Origin: a virus
Length of the DNA stretch: 64,000 nt
Virus record (IMG/VR): IMGVR_UViG_3300009419_000013
Coordinates: 10,138 to 74,137 of that record
Direction: 5' to 3' (one strand)
A program made the position numbers and the translations under genes. Shown here in pieces: positions 36,294 to 45,270 of this stretch (position 1 is its first letter; each line of letters starts with the position of its first letter). Below the pieces are notes generated by a model. That model was not told the origin of the DNA. It made no database searches and saw only the letters and a program-made list of their open reading frames with translations.

Positions 36294-38786
36294 ATGATGA
36301 ATAAGAAGAACCCATATATTAATAATCCAATAGCTTCAATGCTTTTTGAAAGCTATAATTCAGGCATATTGGAAAATGAAAAAGTTGATGCATTATTAAA
36401 TAAAATAGCAGATAATGCTCTTAATACATTTAAAATATTAACATTTGATCTAGCTCCCAAAAGGGATAGAAATCCTGATGTTATGAGAGTTAAGTTATCT
36501 GATATATCTAACTCCACTAATGTTAAGGAGCTTACCGCAAAACTTGTGGATTATTCTGATGATAATGAATTATCAAATTCTAAATATGCTGAGGCTAAGA
36601 GACTTTATTTACAGTCATTAAATAAGTTTGCGGAAGCTTTAAATAGAGCTTCAGAGATTTCTAAGAGTAAGGATGAGGTCATTTTAAAAAGCTTTAAATT
36701 GGCTCCTATGAAGCTCCAAAGTAGTCTTGATAATATTGCTAAACAGGCTGAGGACGAAGCAAAAATAAAAGCAACTAGTGAATCTTTTGAATATCTAGGC
36801 GATGCTGTAAATGAATCTATATTTACTGGATACAGAGGAAGGATAGAAAAACTAAAAAAATTGTTAACTAATCTTATTTCATCTGCGGAAGGAAAAAATC
36901 AGAAGAATGGATATGGTAGGGATTGGAAAAGAACTTTCATTGATCTTGACGAGAAAAGAAAAGTTCTTGATACAACCAGATCTGGATTTGGTGAGAAGGA
37001 TAAAAAATCATTGGATGAACTGGAGAAGCAAGTAAATAAATTTCAGGATGAATTTAATAACGTTTTAGTTCAAACTGCTAATAGATCACTACAAGCTCTA
37101 GAGGATGATGAAGAAATTTATACGACATATAGCGATGTTGGTGAGTTAACAAATGTAGCATTAGATTTGTTAACAAGAGCAAAAGCACAATACACACTAG
37201 CTGATAAGGAGATTGTTGATGATTATGATGCTCAGGAGTCAACATTCAATAAAACTTTATTTCCTTTGAAAAGAGGAGACAAGGACTCTGATAAAAAAAT
37301 GAAAGGGAGTGGACTTGTTTATGCTATACAGAATGCTATATCGAATGGAATACCATCAGCCGGTAAATTAATAAGATCTAAAGGTGGACCTAATGGAATA
37401 TATGGACCTGCTACAACATCTGTTATCACAACCATACAGAAGCTATCAGGTAATAAGAATGCCAATGGCGAAATTGATAAGAATTTACTGGAGGATATAA
37501 TAGCATCTGACTGGGTTTCTGAAAAAGATAAAAAAGCAATACAGAAGTCGATAGATTCAGCTAGAATAAAAATGAATGAATCAGCTTTTGGTAGTTTTGA
37601 TTTTATTGGAATAGACTCTTTCATATCTTCAATAAATGAGGGAAAGATAGTAATTAATAATTCTGAATTTGAGAAGGAACTATCTAATCAATATAAAGAG
37701 GTCAAGTCAAAAACATCATCGACTGAGGGATCAGGTGTTAAAAAGTCCGCCAATTCTAGCGGTACTGTTAAGGAACTTGCTAAAGCGCTAAGACAAAATT
37801 ATAGTCTTAAAGTCGAGTCTGATGATTTTCTTAAAACCGATGGTTCGCTTAAGGCATCATTCAGTCCTCAGTTTATTGGTGCCTGGAACAAGGCAGTAAA
37901 TAAGGTTGAAAAAACGAAGGATGATTATTCATATTTCTTTTTCTCTGGTGGAGTGTATCCGATTAAATTATCGTCAACTTCACTTAAGAATCCTGCTAAC
38001 TGGAATAAATGGGCGGATTCAAGACAGCTAAAGGGATTGGGTAATGATGATGCGGTTGATTTCCTTAGTGATTATCTTAGAAATTGGAAAACTTTTGGTA
38101 TGGTTAAACCTGATAGTAGATGGAATGGTATAAAATCTGTGATTAAAGTGAGAGAAGATTCTGATCTTGCATCAGCTTATGAAATGATGGAGACATCAAT
38201 ACAGAATAAAGGAATTCCTTTCATTGATTTTGATAATTTAAAGGGTGATATAACCAAGGCATTTAATATGGCTCTACAGAAGTCTGAGAAATCGCCAGAT
38301 CTTGGAGTGGAGGATTTCACTGCTGTTAATGATTTTATGGTTATGTTATCTAATGCTGTATCCTTCGATGGTAAAAAATTCATAAGCTGTATAAAGTGGA
38401 TACATGACCATGTGCTGGGTGAGACGGTAGCCAAAAGGATATCTAAGGATTCCATTTACATGGAGAGAAGTCTATCTGATGATGAAATACTAAGTTATGT
38501 TGGAAGTGATATTAAATTGGTTAAGAGATCATCCATAGGTTCCGGATGGGGAAAAAAATTAGCTGATAGCAAGAATAGCCCTAGCGAGGATCTTTCTGGA
38601 TTTGGTCCTTTAATATATTTGAAAGATACTGATTCGAAATATAAAAAAGTACTTGGAGTAAATACTTTCTATATTGCAGCTGATATTTACCCTTCTCTTA
38701 AATCACATATTAGAAGAATGAATGCTACTAACTTTGACCAGATACCTCAATTTAAACCCTTTAAATGCGTGGATGTTAATCTCTAA
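36294..38786 (+). CDS. Large protein with a peptidoglycan-binding-like domain
   Basis: FPLKRGD...V.AIQ...NGIYGPAT..VI..IQ......NG.ID matches the PG_binding_1 pattern. Confidence 0.6.
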   Translation: MMNKKNPYINNPIASMLFESYNSGILENEKVDALLNKIADNALNTFKILTFDLAPKRDRNPDVMRVKLSDISNSTNVKELTAKLVDYSDDNELSNSKYAEAKRLYLQSLNKFAEALNRASEISKSKDEVILKSFKLAPMKLQSSLDNIAKQAEDEAKIKATSESFEYLGDAVNESIFTGYRGRIEKLKKLLTNLISSAEGKNQKNGYGRDWKRTFIDLDEKRKVLDTTRSGFGEKDKKSLDELEKQVNKFQDEFNNVLVQTANRSLQALEDDEEIYTTYSDVGELTNVALDLLTRAKAQYTLADKEIVDDYDAQESTFNKTLFPLKRGDKDSDKKMKGSGLVYAIQNAISNGIPSAGKLIRSKGGPNGIYGPATTSVITTIQKLSGNKNANGEIDKNLLEDIIASDWVSEKDKKAIQKSIDSARIKMNESAFGSFDFIGIDSFISSINEGKIVINNSEFEKELSNQYKEVKSKTSSTEGSGVKKSANSSGTVKELAKALRQNYSLKVESDDFLKTDGSLKASFSPQFIGAWNKAVNKVEKTKDDYSYFFFSGGVYPIKLSSTSLKNPANWNKWADSRQLKGLGNDDAVDFLSDYLRNWKTFGMVKPDSRWNGIKSVIKVREDSDLASAYEMMETSIQNKGIPFIDFDNLKGDITKAFNMALQKSEKSPDLGVEDFTAVNDFMVMLSNAVSFDGKKFISCIKWIHDHVLGETVAKRISKDSIYMERSLSDDEILSYVGSDIKLVKRSSIGSGWGKKLADSKNSPSEDLSGFGPLIYLKDTDSKYKKVLGVNTFYIAADIYPSLKSHIRRMNATNFDQIPQFKPFKCVDVNL

Positions 38787-38805
38787 TAATATTATTAAAT
38801 TTTAT

Positions 38806-38833
38806 AAAAACGGCCCAAATTGGGTCGTTTTTT
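38806..38833 (+). terminator. Intrinsic terminator
   Basis: aaaaacggccca-aat-tgggtcgttttt. Confidence 0.8.
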
Positions 38834-38855
38834 AGTGTTTATAGAAAAAATATAT

Positions 38856-38885
38856 GAAATCATATTGTTCTAATTGCATATAACT
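38856..38885 (+). promoter_or_regulatory. Putative middle promoter GAAAT-N18-TATAACT
   Basis: Upstream of the kinase/AsnB pair. Confidence 0.55.
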
Positions 38886-38899
38886 TCTAAACTTTAAGA

Positions 38900-39466
38900 A
38901 TGATTTATGTATTCGAAGGGGTTAGAAACTCCGGTAAAACCTATCTATCAAACCATATATCCGATGAATTTGGAATAGAAAGATTTCAATTCAATTTTGG
39001 ATCATATTTTAATTTACTTGATCTGGAGAGTAAAAATAACAGAGAGGCTCATTCGTTCTCTATGGGCAAGGAACTTATGTTAATGCAGCTAGCTAAAGAT
39101 CTGTCAGATAAATCAATTGGTAATTTTATACATGATAGGGGAATTCTTACTGTTTTATCATGGGGATTATCGGAAAATAGAATAAGCAAGGATGATGTAA
39201 TTAAGCAGCTTGAGTTTATAAGGGATAATGAGCTTCTTTCTAATATAGTTATAATTCATATAAAGGGAAACAATCCAAATAGGAGCGATAGAAATAAAGA
39301 TCAATGGGATTATGCGGATAACGACGATTCTGAATCAATAGCATTTGATTACGTTAAGAAAAAGCTTATTGAAATATGTAACATTGAGATCCATACAATT
39401 ACTAACAGATTTGACTTGGAATCAGTTTCTCATCTGGATCTTTTATTTAAAAATTTAATAGATTAA
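38900..39466 (+). CDS. P-loop nucleoside monophosphate kinase (dTMP-kinase-like)
   Basis: FEGVRNSGKT and IHDRG motifs. Confidence 0.7.
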   Translation: MIYVFEGVRNSGKTYLSNHISDEFGIERFQFNFGSYFNLLDLESKNNREAHSFSMGKELMLMQLAKDLSDKSIGNFIHDRGILTVLSWGLSENRISKDDVIKQLEFIRDNELLSNIVIIHIKGNNPNRSDRNKDQWDYADNDDSESIAFDYVKKKLIEICNIEIHTITNRFDLESVSHLDLLFKNLID

Positions 39467-39471
39467 TTGAT

Positions 39472-40881
39472 ATGTGTGGTATACTACTAACAACCGGAGC
39501 AAAGACTAATCCAGAGATATTAGATTCTATAAGTCATAGAGGTATAGAGAAATCAACGGAGACTATAGGTAACATAACAATGTGTCACCACAGACTGCCA
39601 ATACAGACACTTGATGGTGATGATTGGAGTCAACCTATCGAGATGTCGGAGGGTGTATATCTTATGTTCAATGGAGAAATATTTAATTATGATTCGACTC
39701 TGTTCGAATCGGATACTGAATATCTATGCAATCTATTCGGAAAATTTAAAAGCGGAGGTACGTTAGGATTTTTTGCTGCGATGTATCTTCCGCATATAGT
39801 TAAATGGGATGGTTTTTGGGCCATCGTTATATATGATTCTAAGACAGGTAACATAATAACTTTTACTGACCCCCTTGGTAAGAAATGTTTATATAAAAAT
39901 GAGCTTGGTGAGATTTGCTCCGAGATGAAGGGATTATATACGGACAATTCAAATATAGATGATAAGTTTATAAGTTCCGTTAGAAAATGGGGATATAATA
40001 AGGATGACCGGACTCCATATACAAATATAAAAAGATTATTACCCAATAAAATATATTCATATAATATTGGATCGCCGTCATTTGAAAACATCTATCATGA
40101 ATACTATAGATCTTGGGATCTACCAATTCCTGAGCTTATTGATGCTGACTATGATACACATATGGAATGGCTATGGTCAAAGATGATCGAAAGTGTTCAG
40201 AATAGATTGGTTTCCAGAAATTATCCGATCTCGATATTGGTGTCAGGCGGGTTGGATTCTGCTATTATAGCAGGTATTCTTAAGGAGATGAATGCTAATG
40301 TAACATGGTTTAGTATAGAGAATGGCGAAACCCCGTTTGTTAATGATTTAAGCAGCCATTTAAGCACTCCTGTTAATTTTCTAGACTATTCTATGGATAG
40401 TGATAAAAATGCTCTTATATACGCTAAATGGAACGAAAGTCCGATAGATCTAGGATCTGTTATCCCGCAATATCATTTATTTGAAGCTATTAAGAAAAAT
40501 ACTGATTACAGGATTGTTATAAGCGGTGATGGATCGGATGAATTGTTTGGTGGATATTCAAGAATACATGAATATGATTCACAAAAATCGGATATATTCG
40601 AGGAGCTTAGCTTTTATCATTTACCTAGACTTGACAAGATGTCAATGGCTCACACATTGGAACTTAGAAGTCCTTTTCTAAATCTGGATATAGTTAGATT
40701 CGCTATGCATCTCCCACTGGAATGGAGAAAGGATAAAAAAATATTAAAGGACACATTTGGTCCACTTTTACCAGCATCCATCGTAGATAGAAAAAAGGAG
40801 GCACTTAAGAATCCTGAAATAAAGCAAGACAAAATAGCATATAGACATAAAGCGGTGGATCTTTTTCTTTCCCTTGCTTAG
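39472..40881 (+). CDS. asnB: Asparagine-synthetase-B-like glutamine amidotransferase
   Basis: N-terminal MCG, HRG, FNGEIFN, SDTE, SGGLDS, SGDGSDELFGGY, DKMSMAH.LE.RSPFL. Confidence 0.9.
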   Translation: MCGILLTTGAKTNPEILDSISHRGIEKSTETIGNITMCHHRLPIQTLDGDDWSQPIEMSEGVYLMFNGEIFNYDSTLFESDTEYLCNLFGKFKSGGTLGFFAAMYLPHIVKWDGFWAIVIYDSKTGNIITFTDPLGKKCLYKNELGEICSEMKGLYTDNSNIDDKFISSVRKWGYNKDDRTPYTNIKRLLPNKIYSYNIGSPSFENIYHEYYRSWDLPIPELIDADYDTHMEWLWSKMIESVQNRLVSRNYPISILVSGGLDSAIIAGILKEMNANVTWFSIENGETPFVNDLSSHLSTPVNFLDYSMDSDKNALIYAKWNESPIDLGSVIPQYHLFEAIKKNTDYRIVISGDGSDELFGGYSRIHEYDSQKSDIFEELSFYHLPRLDKMSMAHTLELRSPFLNLDIVRFAMHLPLEWRKDKKILKDTFGPLLPASIVDRKKEALKNPEIKQDKIAYRHKAVDLFLSLA

Positions 40882-40905
40882 TGGATGTTTATTATTTTCT
40901 GATTG

Positions 40906-40913
40906 GATATATA
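40906..40913 (+). promoter_or_regulatory. Putative late promoter GATATATA
   Basis: Before ATG 40932. Confidence 0.6.
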
Positions 40914-40931
40914 GTTTAAATAAAAAATAAG

Positions 40932-41594
40932 ATGCAGAGAATACTTAGACTAGATCAATTTAAGAGCGATGCTATATCTTTAGAGGAGAATATAGACATT
41001 TCAGGAATACTTGGTAAGGTTATACCATCACTGGGAACTGGATTTATCAAAACACTTAAACAGAAATTAGCAGCAGTGCTGATGGAAAAAATAGGGGTTA
41101 AAGAAAATTCAAAATTTTCTATTATTATACAGGAACTAGTGGATTCAATAGAATTTAAAGAAATGCCAGGCTTAATAACTGGTGAAAATGCAAATGCAGA
41201 ATTTCTAGCACCTAGACTAGCTCAGGCTGTGCAAGAATATATACAAAGAAAAGGTATGGATTCTTTAATCGAGCCTTTTGGTTTGGAACCTAACGGATGG
41301 ATGTATTCGACCATTAGAGAATCATTACAAGGTGAATTAGGTAAAGAAAAATTAACAGCATTTTTCATGTCTGCATTTTCTGATGAACCAATAGGAGCAA
41401 AAACTATCTCCTCATTAAGCTCTAAAGAAAAAGAAGCATTTAAGAGTGAATTTTTACAAAAAGCTTCCAAATCTTATCCAACTTCAGCTTCCGCAAGAAA
41501 TTTAACTTCTGATAGTAAGGAAAATGGTGGTGGTGGAGTATTAGATACTCTATCTGGAATTTGGGACGGTTTTGTTTCAGGTGCTAAAAAATAA
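40932..41594 (+). CDS. Hypothetical protein
   Basis: 220-aa ORF; MQRILRLDQF..ISLEE N-terminus. Confidence 0.65.
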   Translation: MQRILRLDQFKSDAISLEENIDISGILGKVIPSLGTGFIKTLKQKLAAVLMEKIGVKENSKFSIIIQELVDSIEFKEMPGLITGENANAEFLAPRLAQAVQEYIQRKGMDSLIEPFGLEPNGWMYSTIRESLQGELGKEKLTAFFMSAFSDEPIGAKTISSLSSKEKEAFKSEFLQKASKSYPTSASARNLTSDSKENGGGGVLDTLSGIWDGFVSGAKK

Positions 41595-41618
41595 ATTAAT
41601 AACAAAAATAAAATAATT

Positions 41619-41690
41619 ATGAAAGCTATTTGCAATTTAATAACCAGGTTAACATTCGGTATTGTTTGTTTTGGTTTATGTAAAAAATAA
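41619..41690 (+). CDS. Unlisted 23-aa Cys-rich microprotein MKAICNLITRLTFGIVCFGLCKK
   Basis: ATG..TAA with a long A-rich leader like neighbouring genes; fills the intergenic gap. Confidence 0.55.
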   Translation: MKAICNLITRLTFGIVCFGLCKK

Positions 41691-41701
41691 AATTATAGAA
41701 T

Positions 41702-42049
41702 ATGAACGTACAGGACGTAGAAAAAAGAGAGGTTCTTGATTATAAACAATTTTTAGGTAAAGTCCATGATGATACTTATAAACCTTTCGCAGCGGACAAT
41801 CAAAAAGATTCTAGTGATAGAACGGGTCTTTCAACAATAAAGAGAGAACCAGCTTTTGATTTTGTTGGTTATGCAGATTCGGTATTTGGTAATAAATCCA
41901 AAATAGATGTACCTGCTTATAGAATAGATATGGATGGAAAGCAGGGAGAAGTAGATGCTCAGCAATTTGGAAATATGTTTAATATGGATACTAGTGAATC
42001 GAATGATAATTCTGAATACACTTTTATAAAAAATCTTAGTGATTTTTAA
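41702..42049 (+). CDS. Hypothetical protein
   Basis: 115-aa ORF. Confidence 0.65.
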   Translation: MNVQDVEKREVLDYKQFLGKVHDDTYKPFAADNQKDSSDRTGLSTIKREPAFDFVGYADSVFGNKSKIDVPAYRIDMDGKQGEVDAQQFGNMFNMDTSESNDNSEYTFIKNLSDF

Positions 42050-42064
42050 ATTTATCATTAAAAT

Positions 42065-42100
42065 AAAAAAAAGGCTTCGTTCTAAAACGAAGCCTTTTTT
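42065..42100. terminator. Bidirectional intrinsic terminator
   Basis: A-tract, aaggcttcgtt-ctaa-aacgaagcctt, T-tract; between convergent genes. Confidence 0.88.
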
Positions 42101-42824
42101 ATGATATTTTCTCTATAAACTTTTCTTTTGCTAACCTATATATTTCCGAGTTTTCCTCGAAATTTTCATATATCTGAATTACGTATAGACTCGGTGATGA
42201 TTTTTTTTCTAGATTGGACTCAGCCAATATTTCATGATAAATGTATTCGTAATTCAAAGAAAATTTAGAATTCTTTAAATATATTCTTTTTAATATACAT
42301 ATTTCCTTATCCCCCTCATCGGTTTTCATCGTTAATGATCCTTGCCAATGATAAGGTATGATTTTATCATTTATCATGTTTCTGATTATAAGAATTCCAG
42401 AATTTGATTTTTTGTTTAAATTCTTTTCTATTTCTGTTTCAACCTCAAATATCTTTATCTTTGATTCCTCATCCTTTAGTATATCCATGCATATTTCTGA
42501 ATATTCATATAATGTTTCCAGTGAGCTATCTACTATATTTAATATCTTTTCCCTGGTTGATTCGTCAAGAGCATTAAATTTAAAATTGACTATAATATCT
42601 CTATCCTCGGGTTTCCAACCATTAAATGATTTTAACTCCACCGAATTTTTTGATTTAAAGTTTGTTAATATTCTAAGTAATCTAGAAACCTCCCTTAGAG
42701 TGGAGTAGCAATTCTCGGAGTTTAGATTTTTACTGAGCTCTTTTAGATAATCCAGTAGAATATACTCCTTATGCTCCTGATCGATTGGCTCCTTTATGAA
42801 CCAAATTGGACTTATATTTTTCAT
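42099..42824 (-). CDS. Hypothetical protein (only credible minus-strand gene)
   Basis: No long + strand gene here. Likely start MKNISPIWF; PID.EHKEYILLDYL; converges on the bidirectional terminator. Confidence 0.75.
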   Translation of the reverse strand: MKNISPIWFIKEPIDQEHKEYILLDYLKELSKNLNSENCYSTLREVSRLLRILTNFKSKNSVELKSFNGWKPEDRDIIVNFKFNALDESTREKILNIVDSSLETLYEYSEICMDILKDEESKIKIFEVETEIEKNLNKKSNSGILIIRNMINDKIIPYHWQGSLTMKTDEGDKEICILKRIYLKNSKFSLNYEYIYHEILAESNLEKKSSPSLYVIQIYENFEENSEIYRLAKEKFIEKIS

Positions 42825-42878
42825 TTCTTTTAAATGGAATCTTATTTTATATATTTGATTAGATAAAAAGTTACGAAT

Positions 42879-42886
42879 GATATATA
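42879..42886 (+). promoter_or_regulatory. Putative late promoter GATATATA (divergent AATATATA on - strand at 42848-42855)
   Basis: In the divergent intergenic region. Confidence 0.55.
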
Positions 42887-42910
42887 CAATAACTAAAATA
42901 AAATTCAAAT

Positions 42911-43342
42911 ATGGCTAAAATATATGATTATGCTGCATTCGCTGGTAGTTCCAAAGGTGCCAAATATAACGATTACTCATTTGGGGTTGAATTAAAATAT
43001 ATTGATATAGACATATATGATAGACCGGAGGAATATTCAAATATTTCTGACGCTAAAGTTTTCATTGATTATTCGGTTGATCTTATTGTTAATAAAGCTG
43101 GAATAGAGGGGATGAATTTTAATATTAGCTCTGTTGAACTTGAATTTATGGTTGATGATCACCCAAACGAGGATAAGGAATTTGACATAGACCTAATACC
43201 TGGTAAAACTATAGACTTTAGTCAGCTTAAAATTGACACTAAGGAAAATACAATACCTTCATATCCAGCAAATGTATCCATTAATATGAGAAACTCGACG
43301 GATCCTAAAAATTTCGAAATAACCGTAGAGTTCGGAAAATAA
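42911..43342 (+). CDS. Hypothetical acidic beta-rich protein
   Basis: 143-aa ORF. Confidence 0.65.
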   Translation: MAKIYDYAAFAGSSKGAKYNDYSFGVELKYIDIDIYDRPEEYSNISDAKVFIDYSVDLIVNKAGIEGMNFNISSVELEFMVDDHPNEDKEFDIDLIPGKTIDFSQLKIDTKENTIPSYPANVSINMRNSTDPKNFEITVEFGK

Positions 43343-43349
43343 TTTAAAG

Positions 43350-44285
43350 ATGAGACATAGAGTAGTAAATTTTTCACAGTTTAATTTATCCGAATCCGAT
43401 ATAAATAATGAATATAACGTGCCCGGTATAAACAATTATATGACCGATGGATATGAAATATCTGCATTAGATTGTACCGAATCGGAAACCGAGGATGGTA
43501 AAATATTTATCAGAAAAGATACCGGAACATCTGTGCTATTATCTTTTGGTGACACTGAGTGTGATATTTGGATACCCAAGGATTCAATTGAAATAAAAAA
43601 ATTGGATGGTGCTTATATATTGACAATATCACCTGATTCAAAATGGTTTAATCGACCTGAAAATAGAATTATAGTGGAAGACTTTATAGAGGGATTTGAT
43701 TCTTATAGAATCGATAAATCCTCTAGCAATAAGAGAAACATTGACAACGTATTTGATGACATATCAACACTATTGGATATGCTTGGTTTGAATATCAATA
43801 TTAATAATATCGAGATGATATCCGACAATGAGTATGAGATAACATTAGATACTGGAATTTTCATATCGCATAAGAGAAGAAGCAGCAGTGATATAATAGG
43901 AAATACCAAATTTTATTTGGATCCAAGTTCTTCCGTACCTGGGGTGGAGATAGTATCTACCAAAAACGGGATAAATTTAATTTCCGATATTCCTGATATC
44001 TCCAAGAATGAGATAGAGACGGATTTCGAAAAAATTAAAAATAATCCATATCACAGATATTTATTAAAAAGACCTATCGGACTGGAAAGTAATAGTGACA
44101 GGGAGAACCTATACTCCCACTATCTGGAGGTTGCAAATTCCAATTTTAAGAATGATTCTAAATCGGAAGACCCTAATATATCGGACTCCGGAAGATCGGG
44201 AATGGCATACATTAGAGGTATTAAGAAATTAATATCCGAATACATCTCTCCTGAAAAAATTAGGGAGATATCTCCCGATCTATAA
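43350..44285 (+). CDS. Hypothetical protein
   Basis: MRHRVVNFSQFNLSE N-terminus. Confidence 0.65.
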   Translation: MRHRVVNFSQFNLSESDINNEYNVPGINNYMTDGYEISALDCTESETEDGKIFIRKDTGTSVLLSFGDTECDIWIPKDSIEIKKLDGAYILTISPDSKWFNRPENRIIVEDFIEGFDSYRIDKSSSNKRNIDNVFDDISTLLDMLGLNININNIEMISDNEYEITLDTGIFISHKRRSSSDIIGNTKFYLDPSSSVPGVEIVSTKNGINLISDIPDISKNEIETDFEKIKNNPYHRYLLKRPIGLESNSDRENLYSHYLEVANSNFKNDSKSEDPNISDSGRSGMAYIRGIKKLISEYISPEKIREISPDL

Positions 44286-44288
44286 GAC

Positions 44289-44318
44289 GAAACAAATTCC
44301 ATTTACTTTAACTATAAT
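44289..44318 (+). promoter_or_regulatory. Putative middle promoter GAAAC-N19-TATAAT
   Basis: Intergenic motif. Confidence 0.5.
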
Positions 44319-44323
44319 TTCTG

Positions 44324-44599
44324 ATGGATTTAGCTCCTAATTTTTACCTAGAATCTAACCGGGTAATATTTATTAAAAAAATTAAAGGATATACCATAAT
44401 AGAGATCAGAAGACATTCTAGTCCAATTATGGATAATATTATTGAGGTTTGGTACTATGATTCACGTAAAAAAATAAAAGGTGAGTCATCATGGATAACC
44501 GATAATGATCTTATGTCGCATATTTCCTATTACCGAACTCTTGGTTTTACCGAGATGAGTATAGAAACAAATCCTAATAACAGGTCTAAAATAAAATAA
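44324..44599 (+). CDS. Hypothetical protein
   Basis: 91-aa ORF. Confidence 0.55.
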   Translation: MDLAPNFYLESNRVIFIKKIKGYTIIEIRRHSSPIMDNIIEVWYYDSRKKIKGESSWITDNDLMSHISYYRTLGFTEMSIETNPNNRSKIK

Positions 44600-44601
44600 A
44601 G

Positions 44602-45270
44602 ATGATTAATTTTTTAAATCTCTTTTCTAAAAAATCTAAAAAAAAGAAAAAAATGGAGATAAGTCAGGAAACTTTGGAGGATGTTATTTCAAAGTACTCC
44701 GAAATGGAGTTTCAGTGGATAAAGGGTGAAGATATGTCAGTAACAGAGACATATAAAGATGTAAACTCCAATGGGGAGGACGTTTTCATTATTTTTAAGA
44801 GCGGAAAAAGGATAAACTTATCATTATTGGATGAATATATGGTTTGGTTCCCAGCAAACACAAGAATTCCAGAAACACCTGTTATTGATCAGAAACCAAT
44901 TAGAGTTAAATCTGAGCCGATGGTTACATCTATCCAATATTCAGACCAGCCAAATGGTGCATTCGATGAATCTCCGATATATAAGTTATTAAAAAAACAG
45001 AAAAAAAATACTGTTGAGGTTTCAATAAAGCTTAAATTAAATTTACCATCGAAGGATTTATATAATGTATTATGTCTTTCTTTTGATGATGCTGAAAAGG
45101 AAATAGTTGATTTTGTTTTGGATGACGTTAATATAGACGATATTAAGAGATCACTAGGCGAATCAATAAGAAAATCCTATTATACTGCATCAAGCAAATC
45201 TAATGATTCAGCTAAGGAGCCTATAGTAACAAATAGAAGAAGAAATAATAGCACCACCAATGAAAAATAA
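44602..45270 (+). CDS. Hypothetical protein
   Basis: 222-aa ORF; start may be the downstream Met (MEISQE). Confidence 0.65.
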   Translation: MINFLNLFSKKSKKKKKMEISQETLEDVISKYSEMEFQWIKGEDMSVTETYKDVNSNGEDVFIIFKSGKRINLSLLDEYMVWFPANTRIPETPVIDQKPIRVKSEPMVTSIQYSDQPNGAFDESPIYKLLKKQKKNTVEVSIKLKLNLPSKDLYNVLCLSFDDAEKEIVDFVLDDVNIDDIKRSLGESIRKSYYTASSKSNDSAKEPIVTNRRRNNSTTNEK

